Assembly: GCF_009914755.1 (NCBI RefSeq)
Contig: NC_060931.1
Strand: one strand, 5' to 3'
Origin: the human T2T-CHM13v2.0 reference genome, Homo sapiens
Length of the DNA: 64,000 nucleotides
In this document: positions 28,998 to 41,644 of the stretch, one piece after another
How the letters are laid out: each line of letters starts with the position of its first letter
Position numbering within the stretch: the first letter of the stretch is position 1
Program-made: the position numbers and the translations under genes
The notes under the pieces: model-generated
What the model was told of the DNA's origin: nothing
Databases searched by the model: none
Seen by the model: only the letters and a program-made list of their open reading frames with translations

Positions 28998-29892
28998 GAT
29001 TCCAGGTGTGAGCACCGGGACCAGCCTCTATATGATTCCAGGTGTTCTATATGATTCCAGGTGTGATATACTGCACGGGGACCAGCCTCTATACGATTCC
29101 AGGTGTTCTATATGATTCCAGGTGTGATATACTGCACGGGGACCAGCCTCTATACGATTCCAGGTGTTCTATATGATTCCAGGTGTGATATACTGCACGG
29201 GGACCAGCCTCTATACGATTCCAGGTGTTCTATATGATTCCAGGTGTGATATACTGCACCGGGACCAGCCTCTATACGATTCCAGGTGTTCTATATGATT
29301 CCAGGTGTGATATACTGCACCGGGACCAGCCTCTATATGATTCCAGGTGTTCTATATGATTCCAGGTGTGATATACTGCACCGGGACCAGCCTCTATACG
29401 ATTCCAGGTGTTCTATATGATTCCAGGTGTGATATACTGCACGGGGACCAGCCTCTATACGATTCCAGGTGTTCTATATGATTCCAGGTGTGATATACTG
29501 CACCGGGACCAGCCTCTATATGATTCCAGGTGTTCTATATGATTCCAGGTGTGATATACTGCACCGGGACCAGCCTCTATATGATTCCAGGTGTTCTATA
29601 TGATTCCAGGTGTGATATACTGCATGGGGACCAGCCTCTATACAATTCCAGGTGTTCTATATGATTCCAGGTGTGATATACTGCACCGGGACCAGCCTCT
29701 ATACGATTCCAGGTGTTCTATATGATTCCAGGTGTGATATACTGCACCGGGACCAGCCTCTATACGATTCCAGGTGTTCTATATGATTCCAGGTGTGATA
29801 TACTGCACCGGGACCAGCCTCTATATGATTCCAGGTGTGAGCACCGTGCCTGGCCTATATATGATTCCAGTTGTGAGCTACTGAATCTGGCC
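28998..29892. repeat. VNTR, 61-bp unit (gattccaggtgtgatatactgcacsgggaccagcctctataygattccaggtgttctatat), 13 full copies plus Alu-like flanking units
   Basis: ctgca(c/t) recurs every 61 nt from 29071 to 29803. Confidence 0.97.
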
Positions 29893-29894
29893 CA

Positions 29895-30150
29895 GCCCAT
29901 CTGATCTTGCATGTTGTCCACGTTTTCCATCACAGCCTTTAATGTGTCAGTCATAGTTATTTAAAATCCCCTTTCAAATAGTTCCAACATCTGAGTCATA
30001 TCTGTGTCTTGTTCTGATGGTTGTTTTGTCTCTTGGGAATGTGGTTTTATTCTTGCTTTTTTCTGTGTTACTTAAGCATTTTGGTTGAATGCTGGACCTG
30101 TTTTATGGACAGTAGAGAGGGAGGTAAATCATTGTCTTTTATTTTTTGGC
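29895..30150 (-). mobile_element. Old L1 fragment, antisense
   Basis: tcagtcatagttatttaaaatcccctttcaaatagttccaacatctgagtcatatctg resembles antisense L1M. Confidence 0.5.
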
Positions 30151-30180
30151 CTGGATGTGGCTGTGCCTTTCCTTCTACTT

Positions 30181-30417
30181 GGCAGGGACCCTGCCCCCAT
30201 CATCAGGCACAGCTGGGATCCTGGCAGGTCCCTGGGCGATGGCACCAAGCCAGGTCTCAAAGGACAAGTGGGAGTGAAGCAAAGACGGGCAGGGAGTCTG
30301 CGAGAGGCACAGGGAGACGGGGTCCCCAGCCAGGCCTGGAGGTGCAGGTGCCGGGAGCGTGAGCTGGAGGCCCAGGGCCACAAGGAGAGACTGGGCGTGT
30401 TCCTACCAGCCACAGGA
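30181..30417 (+). repeat. Copy B of the ~230-bp local direct duplication
   Basis: Aligns with 23343-23569; includes a 47-bp perfect core tctcaaaggacaag...gggagtctgc. Confidence 0.92.
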
Positions 30418-31480
30418 AGGTGCTGGAGCCCCAGGGCATGCTGGCCTCTGTCCTGGCACCTGTGTGGGAGGTACACAGTTTGGGGAGTGCTTGGGTACTG
30501 AGAGGTGTCAAGTGAGAGGGCAGGGAGCGGAGAAGTGAACTGGTGGTTCTTCCCGGGCTCCTCTGAGTCTTCACCCCTCTAACTCCCTCTGGGGCTCAGC
30601 TGGCATTGGGGCTGCCTGAGGCTGAGCTGGCACCGGTTCTGAGGAGCTGAAGGAGCATGTTCTTCTCCAGTGTGTCCATGGGAAGCTCCTCCTACCTCCC
30701 TGCATCCAAGGCCTGGCCTTTGCCCTGGGTGCTGTGCCTCGGGGGACGTGAGGGCTTCCAGGGAGTTTTAGAAGGATGTGTTCTGGAGCCTCCGTGTTGA
30801 CACCCCCTGGGAATAGAATCGCCCTGGGTTGAGGCATCCTCCAGACCCGCCTTTCCTGCTGCAAAGCTCTCACCACCACCAAACCTCACAGGCGTGCATC
30901 ACCCATGGTGGGTGTGAAACTCATGGGGCCCGAAGCCATGGTACGTGGCAAGGTCGCGGTGGAAATCCACGTGGGAAGAGGAGCAGAAGAATCCACCAGC
31001 AGAAGAAGAGCCCAGAGGGGCTTCCAAGGAGGGCGCGGTAAACACGCACGCTGGCACCTGTGGGATGCGCTAGAGTCACATGTTGTGGGGGATGGGAATC
31101 CTCAAAGTGGGCAGGTTCCTCCCACCTTCTGTCCAGAGCAGTTTCTGAGGAGGTTCCCCAGTGAGCACGGGAGGAGCAGCTCCCATCCCAGTGTGTCCCA
31201 CGCAAGCTAAGGATTCCAGGGAAAAAGTGGACATCCCGCCTACCTGAATTGGTATTTTTAGCTTTTCTTCTCCATGGCTAAGGGGGTGCAAGAAGCTTCC
31301 TAGGTCTGGGTTAGAGAAGGCCTCTTCCGTGGCTGAGATGGGGTCTCCAATGCCAGTTGGATTTTTTGCTCTTTAAGGAGGTGGTTTTGGTGGGCTCTTT
31401 ACAGCCTGACAGTAAAAGCAGAAAAGTAAACTAGATACTTAAAAAAAATATCCTAAGGGAATAAGAAGGAGCCTTGAACT

Positions 31481-31686
31481 GTGGACAGGGAGAAAAGGAG
31501 GGTGAACCCCCAGCCGCATCATAAGACAGAATCCGCACCTTCATATTGTGTGGACAGGGAGAAAAGGAGGGTGAACCCCCAGCCGCATCGTAAGACAGAG
31601 TCCGTACCTTCATATTGTGTGGACAGGGAGAAAAGGAGGGTGAACCCCCAGCCGCATCGTAAGACGGAATCCGCACCTTCATGTTG
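31481..31686. repeat. Minisatellite, 69-bp unit x3
   Basis: gtggacagggagaaaaggagggtgaacccccagccgcatc at 31481, 31550 and 31619. Confidence 0.95.
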
Positions 31687-31973
31687 CACAGCGTGGGCTC
31701 AGCCTGAGGGGACTCTCAGCACCCTTCAGGACCCACCGCACCTTCCACCTCCCAGGGTGCGCCCCCTTGAAACTCCGTGAGCCTCAGCGCCTGCTGTGCA
31801 CGGTGGTGAGTCCAGAGCCCACTGCCTCGGGCTCCTGCCCAACCTCTGCCAGCATCACGCTCCCCCATCCTTCCCACCTGTGCAATGCCAGCCCAGGTGG
31901 CATCCGCACCCATGGGCTAACAGGACAGGGCGCCCTGTGGCCAGACAGACCCTGGTGGGAATTCTCAGCACCT

Positions 31974-32150
31974 GTAGCTGTTCCTACCCTCCTCGCCCAC
32001 CTCTCCTGAAGTGAGTGACACTGAGCTGACCCACATGTGGCTGCTCCTACCCTCCTCGCCCTCCTCTCCTGAATTGAGTGACACTGAGCTGACCCACATG
32101 TGGCTGTTCCTACCCTCCTCGCCCTCCTCTCCTGAATTGAGTGACACTGA
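31974..32150. repeat. Minisatellite, 63-bp unit x~2.8
   Basis: gtrgctgytcctaccctcctcgccc... at 31974, 32037 and 32100. Confidence 0.93.
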
Positions 32151-32304
32151 ATTCTAAAGTCTAAAGTCACTTGGCTTATTTTACTTATGCAGGTTAGAAT
32201 AAAGTAATTCTCTTAAATATGATGGTATTATTTAAAACTATAAAGTGAGATCATAGTACAAGGTTCCTGCTCACATGGTACTTTGATACAAATATAACCT
32301 ATCA

Positions 32305-32505
32305 TAATCCCAGCACTTTGGGAGGCCAAGACAGAGGGTTGCTTGAGCCCAGAGTTTGAGACCAGTCTGGGAAACATGGCAAGACCCTATCTCTACAAAT
32401 AAACATAGCTGGGGGCGGATGGTGGCACACACCTCTAGTCCCAGCTACTCAAGACGGCTGAGGTAGGAGAATGGCTTGAGCTGGAGAGGTTGAGGCTGCA
32501 GAAAA
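32305..32505 (+). mobile_element. Truncated Alu (AluJ-like)
   Basis: taatcccagcactttgggaggcc ... gaggttgaggctgca, lacking both ends. Confidence 0.85.
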
Positions 32506-32595
32506 GTAGCTTACATATGCGTGTGTGTGTATATATGTTACATGTGTGTGTATGTTACATATATGTGTAATAAGTACCTGATGCATCATAGGTTA

Positions 32596-32705
32596 TATAT
32601 ATGTTATATATATGCCTACAAATTAGCTTGGGGAAGGTGGTGAATGGCATATATGTTATATATATGCCTAAAAATTAGCTTGGGGAAGGTGGTGAATGGC
32701 ATATA
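32596..32705. repeat. 52-bp tandem duplication (x2) within a TA/TG-rich tract
   Basis: tatatgttatatatatgcctamaaattagcttggggaaggtggtgaatggca occurs twice. Confidence 0.9.
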
Positions 32706-32741
32706 CATACAAGCATACATGTATATTTGTATAAAACCTAT

Positions 32742-33103
32742 TGCTGTGGGTGGCTGTGTCCCCACCCAAATGTCATCTTGCAGCGTATCTCCTGTAATCC
32801 CCACGTGTTTTCAGAGGGATCTGGTGGGAAGTAACTGAATCGTGGGGGCAGGTTTTTCCTGTGCTGTTCTCGAGATAGTGAGTAAGTCTCACGTGATCTG
32901 GTGGTTTTATTAAGGGCGGTTCCCCTGCACACACGCTCCTGTCTGCACCTTGGAAGACGTGCCTTTGCTTCTCCTTTGCCTTTGGCCATGATTGTGAGGC
33001 CTCCCCAGCCATGTGGAACTGTGAGTCCATTACACCTCTTTCCTTTATGAATTACCCCGTCTCCAGTATGTCTTTATAAGCAGTGTGTGAACAGACTAAT
33101 GCA
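32742..33103 (+). mobile_element. THE1-family MaLR solo LTR
   Basis: tggctgtgtccccacccaaat...ccatgattgtgaggcctccccagccatgtggaactgtgagtcc...cagactaatgca; 5-bp TSD cctat on both sides. Confidence 0.92.
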
Positions 33104-33158
33104 CCTATCATGCATCAGATACTTATTAAGACCAGGGCATTGTACATATATTCTTTTA

Positions 33159-33477
<319 letters not shown>

Positions 33478-36400
33478 CTACATTCTAAAAGTAATATTTA
33501 TATATTGAAGACAACTGAAAGTATATTAAAAATAAGTAAGAAAAAATTATAGTCTCACCATCCAGAGAGAATGCTCTGAATATTATAGCATTTCTAGAGT
33601 CTTTTTAAAGGTTTATACACATCAGGACATGCAGAGTAAATCTGTTTATGACATGAAAATCCAGCTCATTTCATCCTTTCTGGTGGAAGGCGGTCCCTCC
33701 CCACACCCCCACCATGCCCCGTCCCCCACAGGCCTAGACAAGCCCCACCTACTGTTAGTGTCTTTAGACAACCTTCTCCTCCCTCCAGAGAAAGTGCCCA
33801 TTCTAGTGGGACAGTAAGTCCTCCTTCACTGTTGGGTATTTTGGGGTGAGTCTGGAGAGTGTGATTTCAAGATGTTTCTAAAGGCTCTGGTTTTTAATAT
33901 AAATCACTGAGGATACCTGAAGAGGCACGTTGAAACATTGTTGCTTCCTTTGTTTTCTTAAGAAAGAGACCATCAAATAATGTTGGGGGAAGCATCCCTG
34001 GACTTAACACTTTACTCTCTGTTCATGCCGTCTCTGCCCAGGCTGGTGCAGGAGAGCTGCCGCTGGCTCTGGGCCACGCCTGCCCTTTGGCTGTTTCTCC
34101 TCCAGTGCTGAAGGATCTGCAGGGATCGCAGCTCTGACCCTGCCGCACCTCTGCCATCCGCTGGCCCTGAACCGAGGCTTCAGTCTGCATGGGGGCCAGA
34201 GCCTCCAACAGCTGAATTAATCGGCCCCCGATTTGGAAAAAGGTCCCCTAGGTTTTCACAGAACATGTCTACTATTTCAGAGTCTTGGGGTAATAGCCTA
34301 TAATTCACCTCTGTTCAGTTCAACAAACACTCCCTAAGCATCCACTTATGAGCAGATTTTGTGCTAAGAGCCAGGCGGTGGTTCTGGCGCTGCCTTGTGG
34401 GTAGGCGGAGACACCCAGCGCTAACATAAATCAGAGGTCCTGCCTGCAGGCGTATTTTGTTTGACCCTCGTGATGTTCTACTAACGTTTGAACTTGAATA
34501 TTTTCCATGGGACAGGGCCCGTGAGTTCCCCACAGCACTCCCCACACGCTGCTTTTTAATGTCCTGCCCAGTTCCTGTAAGCTCCAGAGCTTGTGACCTC
34601 CAAAATGGGCAGTGATCACAGAATAAACACAGCCCTGTGGGGAGCCACAAAGCTGGAGAAGCATGAGGGATGGGAAGGTCAAAGGCACAGAGACGAGAAG
34701 TAGAAATGTGTGTCCTCAGCCTGGTGTCGCCCCAGGGGTTGGGCGATCTGGCAGGTATGGCGGAACCTCGCCTCTAAACTGTCTTGCAGATTTTCTGTAA
34801 TATTGGAATAGGCCTTACTCATAGTTGTGCTTGCCCAATTTGGCCTGTCATTGGATTTGTGAAATGGCCTTGAGGCAATGGCTTAAATGATTTTTTAAAT
34901 CTGTTTTTCTCTCATGTGAGCGTCTAGACCGGGAGGCGGCCAGAAGTGGCCGGCAGCTGTAGAGAGAGTTTTCCTGGGACACAGCCACGTGCCCTTGTCT
35001 CCATCTTTCTGTGGCTGCGGCTGTAGGATCCACAAGGCTAAAATCCGCATAATCTGCCCCGTGCAGAATACGTGTCCAGCACGACCCTGAATCAGGGACT
35101 GTGTGGGGACCCAGGCCTCCTCCCTTCGTCTGGGAGCAGCTGTCCTCCCTGCACAGAGCTGATGCCACCGTTCCTGGAGGGGCCACCTCTGGAAGGCTGC
35201 TGGTCACCACGTCCACAGTTAAAGCGGCAGCGGAGACAGCGTGGTGCTGAGGCTGCCAGGGAGGCTGGGAAGTGGCTCCGTAAGCGCCGGGGCCTGCACC
35301 GTAGGAGGAGGGGACCTGTGTCGGGAACCTTCCGGAAGCCAGGACGAGAGTACTCCCATCCTGAGCGAACTGCTTTCTCCTTTTTGCTTAGGCTGTGATG
35401 CCACAAAGCAAATGAAGAGGCGAGAAGGCGACAGGGCTTGGAGCCGGAACCTCAGCTTGATGCCCAGATCTGTGGAGCAGCCCTGTCCCCAGGCAAGTCG
35501 CCGACTGCTTCAGATCCCAGTGCCCGGTGGGGACTATACGTGCCCTGCTTACCTCCCAGCCTGTGGCGTAAGTGAGACGGTGCGAGTGGAAAAGGCAACA
35601 CAGATAGGAAGTTTTAGGAAAATGTTAGGCCTGATCCCTGGGGCTGTGGGCAGCTGCCCAGGCTCTTCCTCTGTGTAGCTGTGGGCTGAGCTGTCCCTCT
35701 CTGTGGTTCGAGCAAGCGTGGCTGGACCAGGATGGGCACGGGCAGGGCTCCCGTGAGCTGCCGTCCACACTCACCCGGCATCGGGCTCCTTGGCGATGAC
35801 CAAGTTCTTTGTTGATCTCTGTCCTCTCCAGCCCTGAACTGGGTCCTGAACACCCTGTTGTCTGTTGATCTATTTCGCTGCTGCTGCTGCCGGCCTGGGT
35901 CCCACCTTGCTCTCCACGACTTTAATCACATTCAGTGGAGGGTTTTGCCACCTTCTCTAAATCTAAGAAATCAGTGTTGTTGTAAATAGACATCCAAAAT
36001 GCATGTTCTTCTTCTTTTCCTCAAGTCATCCAGACTCACTGCACGTCATTTTGGAGGGCGCCTTCCTTTCCGGATTCCAACCTCTGCGGCGCTGGCCTCA
36101 GGCTCCAGGTCCCGGCTGCTGGGGCTGCTCCTGTGGGGCCGATTCTGGCAGGACTGAGCCCACTGCTGCCCAACCCCTGGGAAGTGTGTTGTGGATAGAC
36201 TACTTCTTTGTTTGTTTTATTCCTATACATTAGAAATATAGACTTACATTCATTGAAAATTAACCAAAAAACCTACCAGGTAGCTCCTGAACAGAATATG
36301 AAAGTGGGTAGCAGCTGGAGGGGCGTGTTTGTGGTCCCCAGCGCGGGCTCTACGCCGGGGGCGCATCCTTCCCACGTGCCACGGGCTATGAGGAACCGGC

Positions 36401-36820
36401 CCCTCTTCCTCCCTAATCTCAGCGATTCCAGCTGGGCTGCAGCCACACGGAGCTCACCGGAGGCCACCTGGCAAGCCTCTGTGATTATCTGCTGCAGACG
36501 CCGAGGCCTGGAGTCCCTGAGCATCGAGCCTCCCCGGGGAGCAAATGCACTCGGCACTCGTGAGGTCCACCGCCAACTCCATAACAGCGCTCCTAGGGAA
36601 AGAGCAGCGCCGGGCGTGTCACTTTTTACACAAGGGCTGTTTAGCTACGTGCTGTATCAGACACAGGGGACCCCTCCCTGCCTGGGGGCTTTAAATGCCA
36701 CGCGCTGAGGCCAGCCCTTCCTGACGTGTCAGCCACTGCCCCCCAGTGTCTGTGGGACCCTGAGGGCCCCTCGGCCTTCCGCTCCGGGGAGCACCTGAAG
36801 TGCCTCAATTTACTCACTAT

Positions 36821-37051
36821 CTGCCCGTCAGCCACAGCCACACCCTAGGTCGTGGAGAGGGTGTGGTCTGCACCTGCCCGTCAGCCACAGCCACACCCTA
36901 GGTCGTGGAGAGGGTGTGGTCTGTACCTGCCCGTCAGCCACAGACACGCCCCAGGTCGTGGAGAGGGTGAGGTCTGCACCTGCCCGTCAGCCACAGACAC
37001 GCCCCAGGTCGTGGAGAGGGTGTGGTCTGCACCTGCCCGTCAGCCACAGCC
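36821..37051. repeat. Minisatellite, 53-bp unit (ctgcccgtcagccacagmcacrcccyaggtcgtggagagggtgtggtctgcac) x~4.3
   Basis: Unit starts at 36821, 36874, 36927, 36980 and 37033. Confidence 0.95.
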
Positions 37052-38096
37052 TCGTCCCTACTTGATTTTCGTTGGTGTTGCTTATGAGGTGCACCTTGAT
37101 TCCAGAAATGTCAAAGCAGCAAAGCCGTGGTTGAAAAGCAGGCAGAAGCCTGTGCCGCGTGGGAGGCTCTGCAGCGCCCGCCCCACACCTGGCGTTCCAG
37201 CCACCTACCGACCAGAGATCTGAAGCGTGCGCGTTCTCTCTTCCTCACCGTGGCCGGGGTCCTGTTCTGTGCGCGGATCAGCTGCTGGTGTCTGCGGGAA
37301 CACCGGCCCCCGGGCCACTGCGGAGCAGAACGGATGCTCGTCCTGGCATCTCCCCGTTTTTGTCTCTTGCCGACTTGTTCGGTATCTTGGCTTCACACAC
37401 TAGAAAGCTCACAATAGTTCAGGGGTGGGGTTTAAATACATCTAAATCCCACCTCCCCGCAAACTACACATTAGTTAAATAGAATGAGTTTCTAGTTTTC
37501 AGCCAGAAAGGCTACCTTTGCCTCTTGAATAAACGTTTACAGACAAAACTCCTCCTATAACACTTGCTCAGAATTTAATTTTGCCACAACAGGAAAATTC
37601 AGTCCTGCCGTCTGGGCACGTCCTGCCGAATCGTGCGGGGAGGTGCAGCCGCGACACTGCAGCCTCCTTGCCCTCCAGGAGAGCAACCCCCTAGACGAAG
37701 TGAGGCGGGGACACGCCGGGGAGCACAGGCTGCTGAGCCAGAGCCTGAGCACAGTCGGAGCCGAGAGCATCAGGTGGGCTTAAGGTTTCTTCTGACTCAA
37801 AGCCTGTAATTTACAACTGCCCACACCAGGCACAACAGAAACTTCTGGTCAACCCAGGAGAAGCCAGTGCAATGCTGGCGTGTATGGTACTCCCCAGCAT
37901 GTGTGGGAAACGTAGCGAGGATGAATTAAACCCTTTCCTCTGTGGCCGACTCCACCAGGCTCCTCCGCAGGAGACAGTGCCTTGTGCTGCAGCACAACCC
38001 ATTCCAGGGGGAGGGGCCCAAAGCTCCATGCCCACAGGGCCCAACGTCAGCCCAAGCAGAAGTTTGCTGGGAGAGCCCCTCCTGCTCCTGCAATAG

Positions 38097-38389
<293 letters not shown>

Positions 38390-38590
38390 ACAGCCACCTT
38401 GTTCTCTTAGGAGCCTTGAAGGCCTGGGTCTTGACATTGGCCCTCAGAGGTGGCTGTTATCTTCCCTGCTTTACAAAGAAGGGATTCAGCTGATCAGGAG
38501 CAAGATCAGCCAGTGTGCCTCTTTCAAAAAGCCCAGCCTACCTCTCTGATGTAAAATAAGTACAAAAATGACGGTGCAATTTATGCAAAT

Positions 38591-38892
38591 GCTGTTTGCA
38601 GAAGGGTTCCGTTCGAGCGCTGTGTTTGCAGAAGGGTTCCGTTCGAGCGCTGTGTTTGCAGAAGGGTTCCGTTCGAGCCCTGTGTTTGCAGAAGGGTTCC
38701 GTTCGAGCCCTGTGTTTGCAGAAGGGTTCCGTTTGAGTGCTGTGTTTGCAGAAGGGTTCCGTTGGAGCGCTGTGTTTGCAGAAGGGTTCCGTTTGAGCCC
38801 TGTGTTTGCAGAAGGGTTCCGTTCGAGCCCTGTGTTTGCAGAAGGGTTCCGTTCGAGCACTGTGTTTGCAGAAGGGTCCTGTTCAAGTGCTG
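38591..38892. repeat. VNTR, 30-bp unit (tgtgtttgcagaagggttccgttcgagcsc) x10
   Basis: gaaggg recurs every 30 nt from 38601 to 38871. Confidence 0.97.
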
Positions 38893-40405
38893 GGAGCACA
38901 GTGCTTTCTTCCAGGGCCACCCTGTGCCAGGGGCCCTGGGCTCGTCACCTCCCTGGGATGCTCCTTCAGCAGCAAGAGCACTGGCTGGGCCCCTCTGAAC
39001 GCTCCCGTGAGGACGTTCCTTGGGGAATCACTTGGAAGTGCTTTCAGCTCAGCCTCCATAGCCCTGCGGACCTCAGTGAAGCGCAGGCATAAGTGGTGAG
39101 ATGCCAACTGCAGACCTGACGTTTGGGGGCAATTTACAAACACCTTGGAAAGGCGCCCTAGGAGAAAAGTAAAACTCAGATAAAGGAGGGGGAAAATAAA
39201 AATAAAGGGCCGAAATCTGACAAGTAGCTGTGTTTAAAAACCTCATTCACCATCACAGCAGGCAGAGTAATTTGTATTTACTTTGCTTTCAATTTATAGG
39301 CCAAGTAGCTAGCATTGAATTGATTGTGGTTTCATTTCAGTGGATTCTCTATTAAGGCCTCTTGATGATGATGGTCCTTAAGGGTTAACACTATTGAAGT
39401 GTGGGAAGTAGGTGGCGAGGACTGAAAGACCTGTCATTTTCCACCATTTTTGTAGCCACAATGGAGTCGAATGGTTGGTTTCTCTATTTACTGCATAAGC
39501 TTTTCTAGTTAACCAACACCCCTTTTCAACTCTTTTGCAATAAATTATCCACAAAATGGATTTTCCCCCTGCAGAATTTACAGAGCCCCTGGTCTATGAT
39601 TTGTGGGTTCCCACAGGGCTAGAAGGGGAATTCCCAAAGCTCCGAGGAAAGATTCTTGCTCAAAAGGTGCTCAGGGAGGAGGAATCTCTAAGAGCATTGG
39701 GTCTATTAATAATTATTTGTAAAAACCGATTTTCCTCATTATCCTTCTTAGGATTTTGAATCTGTCTGTGTCAATAACATGCTCACTCTCAATGAGAAGC
39801 TGGACTCATTTTTTGTGTGTGGTGTCTTAAAAAGTTCTTTTATTTTGTCAGCCCAATGCCAAATAATTGGATGACTGAAGTTTTCACTTTTTAGATTTTT
39901 TTTTAATGTGTCATGTTTTCTTAACCTTTTTATTTTGTAATCAGCTTTCTCAGGTTGAAATGTTTTTCTGTAAGTTCTAAGTCAAGATTTCTGTTCCAAA
40001 TCACGCAGGCAAAGCCTAAATTGTATCCTTAACAGTATCCAACTCAGATGCTCTCCCTAGTCATGACCAATGATTGCGTTTCATGAAATGAATGGTATGG
40101 GTGATTCTCATCAGTTCATGTTAATTTTTTTTTACAGTTTCAGCTAAAAAACAAAACCAAACAAAATGCTTACCCCCCATGTAAGGTGCATGCATAGCTG
40201 ATGGCCCTTGAGATAATGGCCAGTCAGCGTTGTCCTTGCAAACCAAGCAGCTCCTCCAGGAAAGGATCCCCAATGACTGGGAGATATGGGCTGGAGTTCA
40301 TGGGGATGAGAATGAGGCCAAGACAGGCTGAGCACCTGCTTAAACCAGGCCCTTGCAGTGAGCCCGGCCAAATCAGGCCTTTCAGGTCCTTACATGGCAA
40401 AATGT

Positions 40406-40855
40406 GGTGATGGTTAATTTTATGTGTCAGCTTGCCTGGGCTAAGAGGTGCCCAGATAGCTGGCACACGTGACTCTGGGGTGTGTCTGAGGGCATACGGA
40501 TGAGATGGGCATCTGAATTGGACTGAATAGCATCTCACACTCCGGAACGGGAATGGGTGTCATCCAACCCGCTGAGGGCTGGAATAAGACATGGAGGTGG
40601 AGAAAGGGAGACTGCTCTCACCTCTTGAGCTGGGACGTCATCTTCTCTTGCCCTTGAACATCTGAGTTCCGGGTTCTTGGGCCTTTGGGTTTGGACTGGA
40701 ACGACACCACTGGCTCGCCTGTATCTCCAGCCTGCTGACAGAAGATCATGGGACTTCTTCATCATTGTGTGAGCCCATATGCAATAAAAATCTCCCTCTA
40801 AATCTCTATATTCATCCTATCGGTTCAGTTTCTCTGAAGATCCCTGACAAACACA
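40406..40855 (+). mobile_element. MLT2 (ERVL) solo LTR
   Basis: gtgatggttaattttatgtgtcagcttgcctgggctaagaggtgcccagatagctgg start; ggttcagtttctctgaagatccctgacaaacaca end. Confidence 0.85.
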
Positions 40856-41227
40856 ATTGCTGTCATGTGTCATGAGCACTTTGGGTTCCAAAAAAGACTC
40901 AAGTAATGCCCGGAACAGCACCCTGTTAACTGAACAAGGGAAAAGCCGAGCAACGTGCTTTGCCATCACTAAATGCACAGAATGTCTGAAGAATTAGGCC
41001 CCCTCATAGCACCAGTCATCTGTGTGTGGTGCTATGGTGCTACCAGCTCACTCCTGGGGCCTCTGAGAAACTTTGCTCAGTCACTCATTTGAAGGTGTCA
41101 CAGTAGCATGAGGGACCTGTGGCCAGTCTAGACCCTCATTCCCAATGTTCTGTCAATAATTCTGTCCCTAGGTGCTAAGTGGCCAAGGTTATTTTGAGAA
41201 ATATCTTGTGCATCAAGAGAGAAGTTG

Positions 41228-41644
41228 GTGCATGTGTGCGTGTGTATGTGTATGTGTGCGTGTATATTATGTGCATGTGTGTATGTGTGCATATATATGT
41301 ACATGTGCACATATGTGTATTATGTACATGCATGTATGAATGTGTAAATGTGTATGTGCATGTATGTGTGCATGTATGTGTATATGTGCACACATGTGTT
41401 GTGTGTGCGTTTATTCACTTGTGTGCATGTAGGTGTATTATGTGCATGCATGTATGCACCTGTGTGTATATGTACATCTGCATGTATGTGTATTGTGTGT
41501 GTATGCACACGTGTGCATGTATGTGTATTATATACGTGCATGTATGCATGTGTGTATGCATATATATGCATGTATATTATGTGTGTGCATGTATGCATGT
41601 TTGCATGTGTGTATGCCCGTGTATGTGTGTGCATACACATGTGA
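41228..41644. repeat. Degenerate (TG/TA/CA)n alternating purine-pyrimidine tract, ~410 bp
   Basis: Read directly. Confidence 0.95.

Noticed and set aside
28998-29892. Regular repeat with an alternating sub-unit resembling repeat-spacer structure
   Set aside because: The intervening segments are identical between units, so it is a minisatellite and not a CRISPR array.
38486-39099. ORFs with 10-aa repeats (ERNPSANTGL / FAEGFRSSAV)
   Set aside because: Translation of the 30-bp VNTR; no splice or homology support.
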